From positions 135,532,001 through 135,596,000 of the forward strand of contig NC_043001.1 in assembly GCF_006345805.1 (NCBI RefSeq): 64,000 bases of DNA. The letters run 5' to 3'. Below, one piece after another: positions 12,003-24,640 of this stretch; positions within the stretch are counted from its first letter, which is position 1, and every line of letters starts with the position of its first letter. Both the position numbers and the translations under genes were made by a program. The DNA is from Octopus sinensis (Eukaryota). The notes beneath the pieces were generated by a model that saw only the letters and a program-made list of their open reading frames with translations, did not search any database and was not told the origin of the DNA.

Positions 12003-13482
12003 TATCTTTGGTTGTTAGATAAGTTTGTTAATTTCTTTCTAATGTTATTTGAATAACATGAAAAGTATTTTTATTGTGGTGTGTTTTATGAGCTTTTTTG
12101 TAGCTGTACTCTTTCTCTACAACTTTTCTTTAATGGTTTTTCAATCTAAATAATAACTTTTTACTTCTTTTCAGACATATAGTAATAGAGAGCCAAATAG
12201 AAAAAAAAATGCATTTGCGTGGTGTGCTGTGAAAAGAGAAGGCATTATTACCGACAGAACTACACAGAAATGGTGTTCATGCTTCTAAAGAGAGGAAATT
12301 TTATCTCACATACTTTCTGTCTTCTGGCTGAAATGTTCAGTTCAGTGAGGATTGATTTAACAAGCATATCCACAAGAGTCCATGCAAAAACCGCTAGGGA
12401 ATTGGCCCAGCAGATGGGATACTCTCATGATACAGCTACCCTCACTCGATGAGTAAGGTCCAAAAACAAAGTGCATTGGTGCCACACACTGTAAACAAAA
12501 GAGACAGACTCCAGCACTCCTCTATTGGCACCAGCATGCTTGCTCAAACATCAAGCTAGTCATGGATACAAACAGATATTTCTTTACAGCATATTTTTTT
12601 ATATAAGGCGGCGAGCTGGCAGAAACGTTAGCATGCCGGGCGAAATGCTTAGCGGTATTGTGTCTGTTGTTGCGTTCTGAGTTCAAATTCCGCCGAGGTC
12701 GACTTTGCCTTTCATCCTTTCGGGGTCGATAAATTAAGTACCAGTTACGCACTGGGGTCGATATAATCGACCTAATCCGTTTGTCTGTCCTTGTTTGTCC
12801 CCTCTGTGTTTAGCCCCTTGTAGGCAATAAAGAAACAGATATTTCTTTACAGCATTGTCACTAGTGATGAAAACTGGTGTCTTTACATCAGTATGAAGCA
12901 GAGGAAAGAATGGCTAAGTTGTGACAAGCAAGTAGTATCTTAAAACAAGCTAGAGCTGCATCCACATGAAACAGTAGTCTGCATCTGGAGGGATTGAAAA
13001 GGGCTAATCCACTATGAAATGCTTTAAAACAGAGCAGCAAATGTACCAATTCATTGAAGTAATCCTCTTGAAACAGCTTAACCAGTGATGTGGCGTGCTT
13101 CTTCAAAGCAACAAGGCTCATCCCCACATCACTAATTTGACCAAAAATCCTATTTGAGATTTTGGTTGAAAAGTTCTACTATGTCTCTTGTATTGCCCTG
13201 ATACAATACCTTCATATTATCACTTTTGTGGTCACTCTCTAACATCTATGGGTGTTTTTTGTTCAACAAGGTTGAAGAGTTGAAAATATGGCTCAATGAA
13301 GTTTCTATGTCAAAATCAGGTGATTTCTACTATCAAGGCATCAACAAGCAAGTGGAATCTTGGCAAGAAGTCATGAAGAATGAAGGGGAATATATTACTG
13401 ACTGATCTGTTAAAGCTGTTGATGAAAAAATAAAGATTAAAATAAATGGTAAAAAACAAACAAAGTTATTTGCCAATCTAAT
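12003..13482 (+). mobile_element. Decayed mariner transposon, split by a SINE
   Basis: Remnant transposase motifs IVTSDENWCLY, IW.D*KGLIHYEML and FYYQGINKQV..WQEVMKNEGEYITD*. Right end aagttatttgccaatctaata is mariner TIR-like; the left TIR is weak. Confidence 0.75.
12607..12832 (+). mobile_element. SINE family A inside the mariner
   Basis: Full copy with 23-bp TSD aaacagatatttctttacagcat (12570-12592, 12833-12855). Confidence 0.92.
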
Positions 13483-13490
13483 ATATATAT

Positions 13491-13898
13491 ACTCTCTTTT
13501 ACTCTTTTACTTGTTTCAGTCATTTGACTGTGGCCATGCTGGAGCACCGCCTTTAGTCGAGCAACTCGACCCAGGGACTTATTCTTTGTAAGCCCAGTAC
13601 TTATTCTATCTGTCTCTTTTGCCGAAGCGCTAAGTGACGGGGACATAAACACACCAGCATTGGTTGTCAAGCAATGCTAGGGAGACAAACACAGACACAC
13701 AAACACACACGCACACACATATATATATACATATATACGACAGGCTTCTTTCAGTTTCCATCTACCAAATCCATTCACAAGGCTTTGGTCGGCCAGGGGC
13801 TATAGTAGAAGACACTTGCCCAAGGTGCCACGCAGTGGGACTGAACCCGGAACCATGTGGTTGGTAAGCAAGCTACTTACCACACAGCCACTCCTGCG

Positions 13899-13900
<2 letters not shown>
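13491..13900 (-). mobile_element. SINE family B, full length
   Basis: Head ggcgcaggagtggctgtgtggtaag, internal (TA/CA)n and (aaaagagt)n tail. Flanked by (TA)n on both sides. Confidence 0.92.
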
Positions 13901-13935
<35 letters not shown>

Positions 13936-13964
13936 CAAAAAAAGATAACAAAGCCAAAGGTGTG

Positions 13965-14330
13965 AGGAGTTTTCAGAAAATTTATAAGGAAAGAGATATA
14001 GCCTTACAGCTGTTTCTGAGGTATTATGGATATCACTTCCTCAGAGGCGATGTGAGATGGTTAAACAGAGGTAAATGTTTGAGTTCAAAATAAGGAATTA
14101 TTATGGAAAAGGAGGAGATAGGGAAAATAGAGAATGAAAGTAGAAATAACATATAAAATATGGTAGTTGTAATTCCATTATTCGAGGAAAATGGTGCATA
14201 GAAATGGTAAAAAAGTTTCCTGTACATGGTGTGTAAATTCTGATAGTAGTTCGTGTTTAGTCATTTCAAAGTGTGGAGCTGTGGATTTTGTGTTGCCGAT
14301 TCTAGAGATTTTTACTGTAGTTTGATGAGG
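13965..14330 (-). mobile_element. Possible Penelope-like or other retroelement remnant
   Basis: Minus strand carries cctctgaggaagtg...gaaacagctgtaagg, the CTGAxGAAG...GAAAC pattern common at Penelope-like termini. No clear ORF. Confidence 0.35.
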
Positions 14331-15148
14331 AGAAAAGATTCTCACTTAAGGTAAAAAAAAAAAGGTGTTAAAACACCACAGTCAGGTCAGAGTGCCTTCT
14401 ATTGAACTGATGGATGTATTCAAACACTTTTGTTCTCTTCAGTACGAGAAGCCAAGAGAGGCAACTCTAAACATATTAAATTTCCTTCATCATAAATCAG
14501 TTAATATTGTTTATTGATTGTGCACATATAGTTTTCCTTTTTCCTTGTTAAGTCTAGAAGAAAGGTCACTGTTCAAGGATTTTCAGTGAAACTGAAGATA
14601 AAAAAACCAAAAGATGAGCCGGTAATCACTAGTATCTTTGAACATAGATCTGCTAACTGGATCATGCTTGACTTGGCTAAACAACAACAAAACATCAATC
14701 GATACTTTATCTACATCCTGATGTGGTAACCAAAGCCAATTTGTTTTTTAATGTTTGGTAATCAGAGAAAGAAAAGTCATAGATTTGTTTCTACACTTAT
14801 TGACATTAACAGAGAACATTCCTTGTTATCCCACCAAAGTTCCATGGAAGTATTTGCATTCAGCACAGCAAAGTTAATAAAGGACAGACAGCTCACCAAT
14901 TGTCTGAAAACCTTTGCTGAGCTGATGTACCACAACTGACAGATTCTTTTCATCACATTGTGTGAGATTCTCTTTCTATAGGATGGAATTAATTCAATTA
15001 TTGGTTTAACCATTAAAGATACTGCCAACTATGCTACAGCCATAGACCAAATGTCTTTAGGTTTTTATTAGCAGGGCTCACTATTCACTTCTTTCCATAA
15101 TTAAATATTGAGACAGATCATCCCGTATTACATATATGAACCTGTATG

Positions 15149-15188
<40 letters not shown>

Positions 15189-16123
15189 GAGAGAGAGATG
15201 GTGAGGTAGGGAGAGGTAAATGTTCCTAATTTTGGCACATATAAAGGTTGCTGTATTTCATTGTAACCCTTTCTTTCTCTTTCATGTTTGACCTAAATTC
15301 CAGAGCAACAATCAATATTTTTATGGTCGAAGCCATCTGCAGACACGCTGTTAGTTCTAAATGTACTTAAATTCATTTTATAAAATCTATACTCCTGAGA
15401 CATACCACTTATTATTCATAATAAATGTCTTATTATTTGCAACTTTGTGATTACTCATATGGAGTGTGTTGTAGCATTTGACGGAATAATTGCTATTTTT
15501 GTTAAAGGGATTTCTGAATGATAACAAAGTAATATCAGCATGTCAATCAGACCTTTGTTTTTTGGGTTTTTTTATTTTATTTTATCATTATTCTTTGTAA
15601 TTTTGCTATCTCTTGAGGAATACCATACCTACGAAGTAGATATGAAAAGACGAAAAGAAAAAAATAAAGAAAAAAGAATAAAAATAAGAATAAAAGATTA
15701 AGCTCCTGGAACATTTTCCCCCCATGTCTATTCATTTAGATATTTTTTATTTATTTATTCCCAGGAGTTGCAACAAGTAGAAGACAAAGAGAGAGAGAGA
15801 GAGAGAGAGAGAATTTCTTCTTTCCAAACAATAACCCACAATTCCACAGGGGATGTTGTCATTTGTAAACCTCTCAATACAACTCTGAGAGAATCTTTTC
15901 AGTCTTGTTTGAATACGGTTTTTTTTGAATCAATGTTCAATAGTCATTGTCTGGCACATAGATATTCTAATGAATGGATACTTTAAAGTAAATTTCCTGC
16001 AATTCTCAAACCACTTCCGTAGATTCTTCAGACATATCCTGAGTGATTCTTTGCCAACATTCAATAAATTATATATTATGTTATAGTGTGTTTTTAAAAA
16101 AAAATTTTTCTTAATAAACGTGT

Positions 16124-16127
16124 GATA

Positions 16128-16191
<64 letters not shown>

Positions 16192-16490
16192 ATATATATG
16201 TATATATATATATGTATATATATATATGTATATATAATATGTATATATATATGTATATATATATATGTATATATATATATGTGTATATATATATATGTAT
16301 ATATATATGTATATATATATATGTATATATATATGTATATATATATATGTATATATATATGTATATGTATATGTATATATACCAGTAAGCTTTATGAAAA
16401 TAGACAAAAGACGAAGTGTATGTGTATGTATATGTGTATGTGTATATATATGTGTATATATATATATATATATTACATGTGCGTATATAA
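16124..16490. repeat. (CT)n/(TA)n/(TATATG)n compound microsatellite
   Basis: Seen directly. Source of the YI-repeat ORFs. Confidence 0.95.
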
Positions 16491-16603
16491 ATGTATAATG
16501 CAATGACCTGTCAACAGGAATTACACTGAAGCATTACAAACTAAACATGATATCATATCTCAGTTGCTCATCTTGTGAAAAATAGTTGTTAAGTCTCACT
16601 TCA

Positions 16604-16727
16604 CCCTTTAGCATTCATATTACTCTTCAAAATGTTATGCTTATTTATTCACCTTGTTTTGACTTCATCATGCATTACTTCATAGCTTTAAGACTTCGAT
16701 GATGTGATTGTTTATTTTTAGAATGAT
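16604..16727. mobile_element. Partial piggyBac-type MITE, family P2
   Basis: Begins ccctttagcattca; homologous to 28176-28395; cut where the RTE fragment begins. Confidence 0.55.
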
Positions 16728-17495
16728 ATAACAGGGTCCTTTGCTTGCGAAGACCTGTTGGGGGCAAGTGAAATTGAAATCGGAATCGAAATTGAACCTA
16801 TCCTATGACTGGCACCCGGCAGATGCCAGGACCCCTGGACTGGAGATATGTAAAAAGCACTATCTGAATCGTGGCCGATGCCAGCGCCGCCTCGACTGGC
16901 TTCCGTGCAGGTGGCACGTAAAAAGCACCATCCGAATCGTGGGCCGAAGCCAGTGCCGCCTCGACTGGCTTCCGTGCAGGTGGCATGTAAAATGCACCAA
17001 TCCGACCGTGGCCGATGCCAGCCTCGCCTGGCACCAGTGCAGGTGGCACGTAAAAAGCACCATCCGAATCGTGGCCGAAGCCAGTGCCACCTCGACTGGC
17101 TTCTGTGCAGGTGGCATGTAAAATGCACCAATCCGACCGTGGCCGATGCCAGCCTCGCCTGGCACCAGTGCAGGTGGCACGTAAAAAGCACCATCCGAAT
17201 CGTGGGCCGAAGCCAGTGCCGCCTCGACTGGCTTCCGTGCAGGTGGCACGTAAAATGCACCAATCCGACCGTGGCCGATGCCAGCCTCGCCTGGCACCAG
17301 TGCAGGTGACACGTAAAAAGCACCCACTACACTCACGGAGTGGTTGGCGTTAGGGAGGGCATCCAGCTGTAGAAACATTGCCAGATAAGACCGGAGCCTG
17401 GTGCAGCCTTCTGGCTTCCCAGATCCCCGGTCGAACCGTCCAACCCATGCTAGCATGGAGAACGGACGTTAAACGATGATGATGATGATGATGAT
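16728..17495 (+). mobile_element. 5'-truncated RTE with an alternating 69/63-bp 3' UTR array
   Basis: gtaaaa(a/t)gcac recurs at 16850, 16918, 16987, 17050, 17118, 17181, 17250 and 17313; (gat)n tail. Confidence 0.9.
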
Positions 17496-17624
17496 GTGAG
17501 AGGGCAAATCTGGTTGGGTTGAGAACATAAAACAGGGAGAATACTTTAGCTGGATTTGGTGGGTTTAAATGCTTAAAAATTAAATTGTACCCTCTTGCCT
17601 TAAGTAAGGAATGGGCAAGGCACT

Positions 17625-18322
17625 CGTGATGGTGACATGTGAAAGCCACCCATGATGGTGACATGTAAGAAGGCACCTGTAATGGTGACACATAAAAGGC
17701 ACTTGTGAAGGTGATGTGTTAAAGGCACCTGTGACAGTGAAGCATAAAGGCACCTGTGATGGTGACACATTAAAAGCACCCATGATGACATGTAAAAGGC
17801 ACCTGTGATGGTGACATGTAAAAGGCACCCGTGACGGTGACACGTGAAAGGCACCCGTGAGAGTGACATGTAAAAGGCACCTGTGACGGTGACATGTAAA
17901 AGGCACCTGTGACAGTGACATGTAAAAGGCACCTGTGACGGTGACATGTAAAAGGCACCTGTGACAGTGACATGTAAAAGGCACCTGTGACGGTGACATG
18001 TAAAAGGCACCCGTGAGAGTGACATGTAAAAGGCACCTGTGACGGTGACATGTAAAAGGCACCTGTGACAGTGACATGTAAAAGGCACCTGTGACGGTGA
18101 CATGTAAAAGGCACCTGTGACAGTGACATGTAAAAGGCACCTGTGACGGTGACATGTAAAAGGCACCTGTGACAGTGACATGTAAAAGGCACCTGTGACG
18201 GTGACATGTAAAAGGCACCTGTGACAGTGACATGTAAAAGGCACCTGTGACGGTGACATGTAAAAGGCACCTGTGACAGTGACATGTAAAAGGCACCTGT
18301 GACGGTGACATGTAAAAGGCAT
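17625..18322. repeat. 26-bp minisatellite (~27 units) with 52-bp higher-order repeat
   Basis: Unit gtgacatgtaaaaggcacctgtgac(g/a). The last base alternates G/A from ~17885 onward; the left part is degenerate. Confidence 0.95.
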
Positions 18323-18471
18323 GTAAAATTCAATGTATTCTTAGGAAAACGCTCACCCAAATTTTCCCCACTAATTTCGGAACCCCTGTCCCATATTGCA
18401 TTGGAACAAAGCTGAGAACAATATTGCAGTTGGTGTTGTTGTTGTTTGACCACAGGTCATAAATGATTGTA

Positions 18472-18790
18472 AGGCATGTGGCTTAGTAGTAAGGGCATTC
18501 AACTCACCATCGTAAGGTCATGAGTTCAATCCTTGGTCATGTGTTGTGTCATTGAGTAAGACACTTTATTTCATGTTGCTCCAGTCCACTCAGCTGGCAA
18601 AAATGAGTCATACTTGTAATTCAAAGGGTCAGCCTTGTCACATTCTGTGTCACACTGAAGTTCCCAGTGAACTACGTTAAGAGTGCACGTGTCTGTGGAG
18701 TGCTCAGCCACTTGTATGTTAATTTCATGAGCAGGCTGTTCCATTGATCGGATCAACTGGAACCTTCATTGTCGTAACCAACCAAGTGCC
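18472..18790 (+). mobile_element. SINE with family F head and family C tail
   Basis: Head carries ttgagtaagacactttatttcatgttgctccagtccactcagctg; the tail is shared with family C. Confidence 0.8.
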
Positions 18791-19075
18791 CTTTTTTTGT
18801 TTTTGTTTTTAAATGATTGAGCAGGTCTATGATGAAAGGTGTTCAGCCATGACCATCCCACATCTTTCTTTCAGGCATTGTATATCTAGGACTATGCTAT
18901 TCAATGTGTGTCTCTCTCTTTCTCTCTTTTCAATTTGAAGAAAATTTGGCTGTTATTTCTAGTGAATCAAGTAACCAAATAGAAACACTCTAGCTAACAG
19001 GTAACACAGTTGTGGTCAAGGTTGTCTAGCTAACACCTAACATTAGTGTACAGGTAATACTGGACCTAAAATTGT

Positions 19076-19221
19076 ATAGTGGTGGCGGCTGCGGTGGTCA
19101 TAGTAATAGTAGTGGTTGTGGTAGCAGTAGTAGTGGTGGTGGTGATAGTAGTAGTAGTAGAGGTGGTAATAGTAATAGCAGTGGTTGTGATAGCAGTAGT
19201 GGTGGTGGTGGTGATAGTAGC

Positions 19222-19273
<52 letters not shown>

Positions 19274-19295
19274 ATAGTGGTGGTGGTGTTAATAG
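19076..19295. repeat. (GGT/AGT)n trinucleotide repeat
   Basis: Seen directly. Confidence 0.9.
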
Positions 19296-19619
19296 TGCAG
19301 GAGGTCTTTGAATGTTTGAAGAAATGGAGACATCCTATTCACAAAAGTATCCTAAATTGAACCTGTGACATTAAGATGTTATTTAATGACATTAATTGAT
19401 TTTAACATTTCTACACAAATTATCACAGCAGTAACAATGCACAATTATAGCAAATGATTGTGCATTGGACAGTATTTCTATTAGATTTCCTAACACTGCA
19501 CATAAGCCTACTCATCATAATCGTTTAACATCCGTTATGGTAATATATTGCAGGTATGTTTGTGTGTATGTACATATTATGTGTGTGCATGTCTGTGTGT
19601 GTTTGTGTGTGTGTGTCAG

Positions 19620-20354
19620 TGTATTCATTTTTTTTTTTACTTTTTGCCCTTTGTAACATGGAAGTATCCAAAGAGCATTTGAGGCACATAATGCTCTACG
19701 AGTACAAAAAGGAAAACTGCAGTCAAAGCGACTCGAAACATACACTCAGTTTATGGCAAAGAATGCTTGAATGAAAGAACTTGCAGAAGATGGTTTGCAA
19801 AATTCAAAAGATTCTTCTCTCTATCGGGTGGGATTGCAAAGGAGTAATTCACTTTGAATTGTTACTGCCTAATGCAACAATCAATGCTTAAGTCTACTGT
19901 CAGCAATTAGAGTGTTAGAACCAAGCTTTGAAGAAAAACGACCCACTTTAGTGAATTGGAAAGGAATGATTTTTCATTAGGACAATGCGCAACCCCACAC
20001 TGCAAAGATCACATCACAGAAGATCGAAGAGCTTGGTTGGGAAAAAATTCCTCATCCACCTTATTCTCCCAACCTTGCTCCTTCAGACTACCATTTGTTT
20101 CGTAGTTTACAGAATCATTTGGAGGACATAACTTTCACAAGCGAGGAGGAGGTCGAAACTGACATTTCAGAGTTCTTCGCTTCGAAACCAAAAGAGTTTT
20201 ACATTGATGGGATTAAAAAGCTTGTAAATAGATGGAAGGAAGTCATAGATAATCAGGGAAAGTACATTGATGATTAAATTTCAATTAAATATAACATTTG
20301 ATCACTTGTTTTCTTTATTCAAAATTCAGACAGAATGTATGGGATGGCCTGATA
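19620..20354 (+). mobile_element. Internally deleted mariner transposon (transposase pseudogene)
   Basis: ATG at 19658 gives MEVSKEHLRHIMLYEYKK...RRWFAKFK. It then jumps at ~19810 to ILLSIGWDCKGVIHFELL...H*DNAQPH...HPPYSPNLAPSDYHLFRSL...GKYIDD* (stop 20277). Right TIR ...gggatggcctgata. Confidence 0.92.
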
Positions 20355-20415
20355 CACACACATACACACACACATATATATATATACATACATATAAATA
20401 TACACACACACATAA

Positions 20416-20456
<41 letters not shown>

Positions 20457-20530
20457 TATATATATACACATACATATATATATACACATAATACACACAT
20501 ACATATATATATACACACATATACATATAT
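20355..20530. repeat. (CA)/(TA) compound microsatellite
   Basis: Seen directly. Confidence 0.9.
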
Positions 20531-20663
20531 AGTTATGTCGCATTCCATTAGGAACGTATTAGAGTACAGTGTAGAGCTTGTCCACCTTCAGAATAATCCA
20601 GTAGTAAAGGTACTCCCTGTACTTGACTTCAATCTTTTCAATTTTATATATATATATATATTA

Positions 20664-20945
20664 CCATCATCATCATCATCGTTTAATGTCTGCTTTCCAT
20701 GCTGGCATGGGTTGGACGGATTGACTGAGGACTGGTAAAACAGGAGGCTGCACCAGGCTCCATTCTGATCTGGCAAGGTTTCTATAGCTGGATGCCCTTC
20801 CTAATGCCAACCGTCATCATTTAGCATCCATTTTCCATTCTAGCAAGGGTTAAACAGTTCAACTGGAACTGGTAAGCTAGAGAGCTGTACCAGGTTCCAG
20901 CCTCATTTGGCTTGGTTTCTATGGCTGGATGCCCTTCCTAACTTC
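20664..20945 (-). mobile_element. Two tandem short RTE 3' tails
   Basis: Two (atc)n...ggatgcccttccta units at ~20664-20812 and ~20813-20945. Confidence 0.8.
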
Positions 20946-20988
20946 CCATATATCTATAATGTATATATAAATATATACATTATATATT

Positions 20989-21021
<33 letters not shown>

Positions 21022-21524
21022 TATATATATGTGTACATATACAGACACACACATATATATATATATATACACATATACAAATGAAACCATGGAATTTTCA
21101 TGGGCTTTGCTAGTGAACACTGTGAACATGAGTTGTCTGTTATTGTAATAATGGATATGATAGCAAATGGCTAGATGGAGAGTGGGAGATGGAAGAAGTT
21201 GTGATAGGTGTCAGTTGAGGTGGTAATAGTGAAAGACAGGAAAAAACAAAATGAAATAACATTGAATCAATAGAAACATGTAATCTTACAAACACATGTA
21301 CACGCAAACACACACAATACAATGAGAACTGTAATAGATAAAATGAATGGTGTAGTCTATGGTATACTACCGCTGAAAACAAAACAGAGTGGTCCTGTTT
21401 GGAACACCATTAATCATAGATTTGCTGAATGTGGGTTATACAGGGATCTAAGCAGAGCTAAAATCAAAAGTCACTCACACTTTGTCCCAGGGTACCTGTA
21501 TTTCTCAGGAGAAAGTAAGTTGTA

Positions 21525-22110
21525 GCATCATTATCAACATCATTATCATCATCATTTAATGTTCTTTGTCCATGTTGGATGCCCTTCTTAATGCCAACCA
21601 TTTTACAGAGTGTGTTCGGTGCTTTTACATGGTACCACATGAGTGCCTTATGTGGCACCAGCATGAGTGCTTTTTACATGGCACTGGCACAGGACCCCCA
21701 CAGGCCAATCTTCTTCCCTAGAGGGGCTGGCCTTAACACCTCTGTTGTGGAGTACGGGTCTTCTTGAATCCAGCAAGGTGCCAGGCATCTCAGTCCTTTG
21801 TCATCTCACTCGAAAGATCCAGCATCTTCAGGTCGTTCTTCAGTACTTCGTCCCTCATCTTCCTGGTTCTCTCACTTCCATATGTTCCATCTCCTTTGAG
21901 AGATCAGCACTTCTTTATGGAGCTGTTGACATCCATCCACCTCCCACGACCAAACCAGGGCAGTCTTCTCTCTCGCACACAACATCTAATCTAATTCCTT
22001 TGTTGCTTAGCTTCTATCTCAATACTCTAGCACTCTGTTGAACATGTACACTTATAATGAACATGTCATATCTAGTCTCTGTCCCCAGCATCAGTTTCTA
22101 CAGGCACAGG
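21525..22110 (-). mobile_element. Degenerate 5'-truncated RTE including ORF C-terminus
   Basis: Tail motif ggatgcccttcttaatgccaacc, then reverse complement of RPGR*GTKY*RTT*RCWIFRV and RWMSTAP*RSAD-like ORF remnants homologous to 31250-31560. Confidence 0.7.
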
Positions 22111-22705
22111 CATAGCTGTAAAGTTAAGAAGCTTAGTTTGCAACTCCATAATTTTGGGTTCAGTTCTACTGCATGGCACCTTTAGCAAGTGCTTTCTACA
22201 ATATCCCTGAGCCAACATTTTGGGGGCGAATTTGATAGATGGAAACTGTGTAGAAGCCTATAATCATCATGTTTTAATGTTCATGTCCATGGTATGAGAT
22301 TTGACAGTGAGTCAAAAGACTGCATTGTGGTCCAGTATCTGCTTTGGCATGGTTTCTACAGTTGGATGTCCTTCCTAATGCCAACCATGTTACAGTGTGC
22401 ATCAGGTACTTTTTATGTGACACCAACACTAGCAAGGTCACCATGGAGCTTGCAAGTCAACAAACCCAGAGAGGAAAGATGCTGCATCTGTATATTAGAT
22501 TGGGGTTAGAGTATATGTATATAAATATATGTGTGTGTTTGTGTCCGTCCACTGCTTGACAATCATTGTTGGTTTATTTACCTTCCTGCAACTTAGCAGT
22601 TCAGAAAAAGAAACTGATAGAATAAGTACTGGCAGTTGATCTGTTCAACTGAAACCTTTCAACGTTGGTGCCCTAGTATGGCTGCAGTCCAATGAGTGAA
22701 ACCAG
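22100..22705 (+). mobile_element. Degenerate SINE family B split by an RTE tail (22262-22505, minus)
   Basis: Head 22100-22260 and tail 22510-22705. The RTE fragment sits at the internal microsatellite position. Confidence 0.65.
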
Positions 22706-23214
22706 ACCCATACCAATGTCTTAACTTAGTTTAACACTGGCAGCTAACATTAAAAATAAAAAATAAAAATTTTATAACTAAATGCTTGGTTTACCAAAGT
22801 ATATTACCACCAACATTGCCATTTATGGGCAATATTCAGAAAAACAACAAGAACAAAAAAAAAAGTAAAATAAAATAAAAAGAAAGCCAAAACAGTTGGG
22901 CCCCATCCCCATCAAAAACTCCTGTGTATTCCAAGAAGAGTTAACAGTTCAGTTCTGAATGACCATTCCAGAGTGATTTATGGAGTTGTTTTTTTGCAGA
23001 AAGTTTAACATTTGTAAAGTCATTCACTTGTTCATTATACTGTTAACATTTAACATCATCATCTCTGTCTGTCTGTCTGTCTGTCTCGCTCTCTCTCTCA
23101 CACACACACACACATTGTCATGCATTGCACACAGGCACACATCATTGCAAACAAACATAGAAGCTACTACTACATAAAAGCCTCTCTTAGCAATTTTCTC
23201 ATATATTACATATA

Positions 23215-23265
23215 TGCATGTATGTGTGTGAGTGTGTATGCACATATATATATATATACACACAC

Positions 23266-23329
<64 letters not shown>

Positions 23330-23453
23330 GTATATATCTATATATATATATATATATACATATGTATATATATATAACTCGCTCTGAGATTTATCATTAT
23401 ATATATATGAATATATATATATATATATATGTATATACATATGTTTTTATATA

Positions 23454-23505
<52 letters not shown>

Positions 23506-23521
23506 CATATGTTTTTATATA

Positions 23522-23570
<49 letters not shown>

Positions 23571-23600
23571 ATATGCATACACACACACACATACACACGT
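23215..23600. repeat. Long (TA)n compound microsatellite
   Basis: Seen directly; includes a duplicated tatacatatgtttttatatatgaa subunit. Confidence 0.95.
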
Positions 23601-24277
23601 ACTGCACACATATGTCCTATTGATTGCTGCCAAGAGCCTGTCTGATATACGAAGAACAATGAAAAACTTCAGTCATTCATTGTTCGGTGAGTTTCCTGCT
23701 ATTTTCCTTACTCATACTACTTTGTCAATTTACTCAACTTTCTCATTTGACCTTTGTCTTTTTTACTTTCATTCTTCTAATTTTTAATTTTTTTTTTTTA
23801 TTTTGTAACACAAACATGAAAAATATCTGACATTTCAAAGGATTGAAGTTTGGATTCCAAACAAGGGCAGTGTTTTATATTCCTTGAAAGGAGAGGATAC
23901 CAATGCCGATGCTAGTGATGCTGATAGTAACAGACACTAATGTTATTGCATTTCTCCCTTTCACAAATTTGCAACCATTTTATTTATAAGTCATTAGATA
24001 CTACAAATTATTAAGAATCCCAAATGGGCTGAGTCAAGTGGGTAGTGGACTCTATGCTGAAGGTTAGTGTTTTAAATCTCATCACTTTTGATATGTTCCG
24101 ACCACTGGACGAGAATTCCATCCTTCTGGCTAGTGTGGAGAAGCATGTATGTGGCGGCTTGATCAGCCAGAAAATTTAGCGAAAATCTCCTTAAAATCAC
24201 ACCCCACCAGCTTAAAGGGTACATAGGAATGTTACCCAAGATAAACCTTACTTAAAAAAAAAAGGGATAAAAAAAAA

Positions 24278-24640
24278 GGTGCAGGAGTGGCTGTGTGGTA
24301 AGTAGCTTGCTAACCAACCACATGCTATAGCCCCAGGCCTACCAATGCCTTGTGAGTGGATTTGGTAGACGGAAACTGAAAGAAGCCTGTCGTATATATG
24401 TATATATATATATATAAGTGTGTGTATATGTTTGTGTGTCTGTGTTTGTCCCCCTAGCATTGCTTGACAACCGATGCTGGTGTGTTTACGTCCCCGTCAC
24501 TTAGCGGTTCGGCAAAAGAGACCGATAGAATAAGTACTGGGCTTACAAAGAATAAGTCTGGGGTCGATTTGCTCGACTAAAGGTGGTGCTCCAGCATGGC
24601 CGCAGTCAAATGACTGAAACAAGTAAAAGAGTAAAAGAGT
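24278..24640 (+). mobile_element. SINE family B with a ~45-bp internal deletion
   Basis: Junction ccacatg|ctatagcc relative to 38639-39057. Confidence 0.88.

Noticed and set aside
16111-16506. YI/IY-repeat ORFs (also ~20300, 23000-23800, 9904-10401)
   Set aside because: (TA)n microsatellite translations.
17580-18453. Three overlapping ~230-240 aa Cys/His-rich ORFs
   Set aside because: The 26-bp unit lacks stops on the minus strand, so all frames stay open; no coding signal.
21322-21525. 67-aa ORF ending near a strong donor (AA|GTAAGT)
   Set aside because: No recognisable product, no acceptor and no partner exon.
23620-23695. Exon with donor CG|GTGAGT
   Set aside because: No convincing upstream acceptor; adjacent to a microsatellite.
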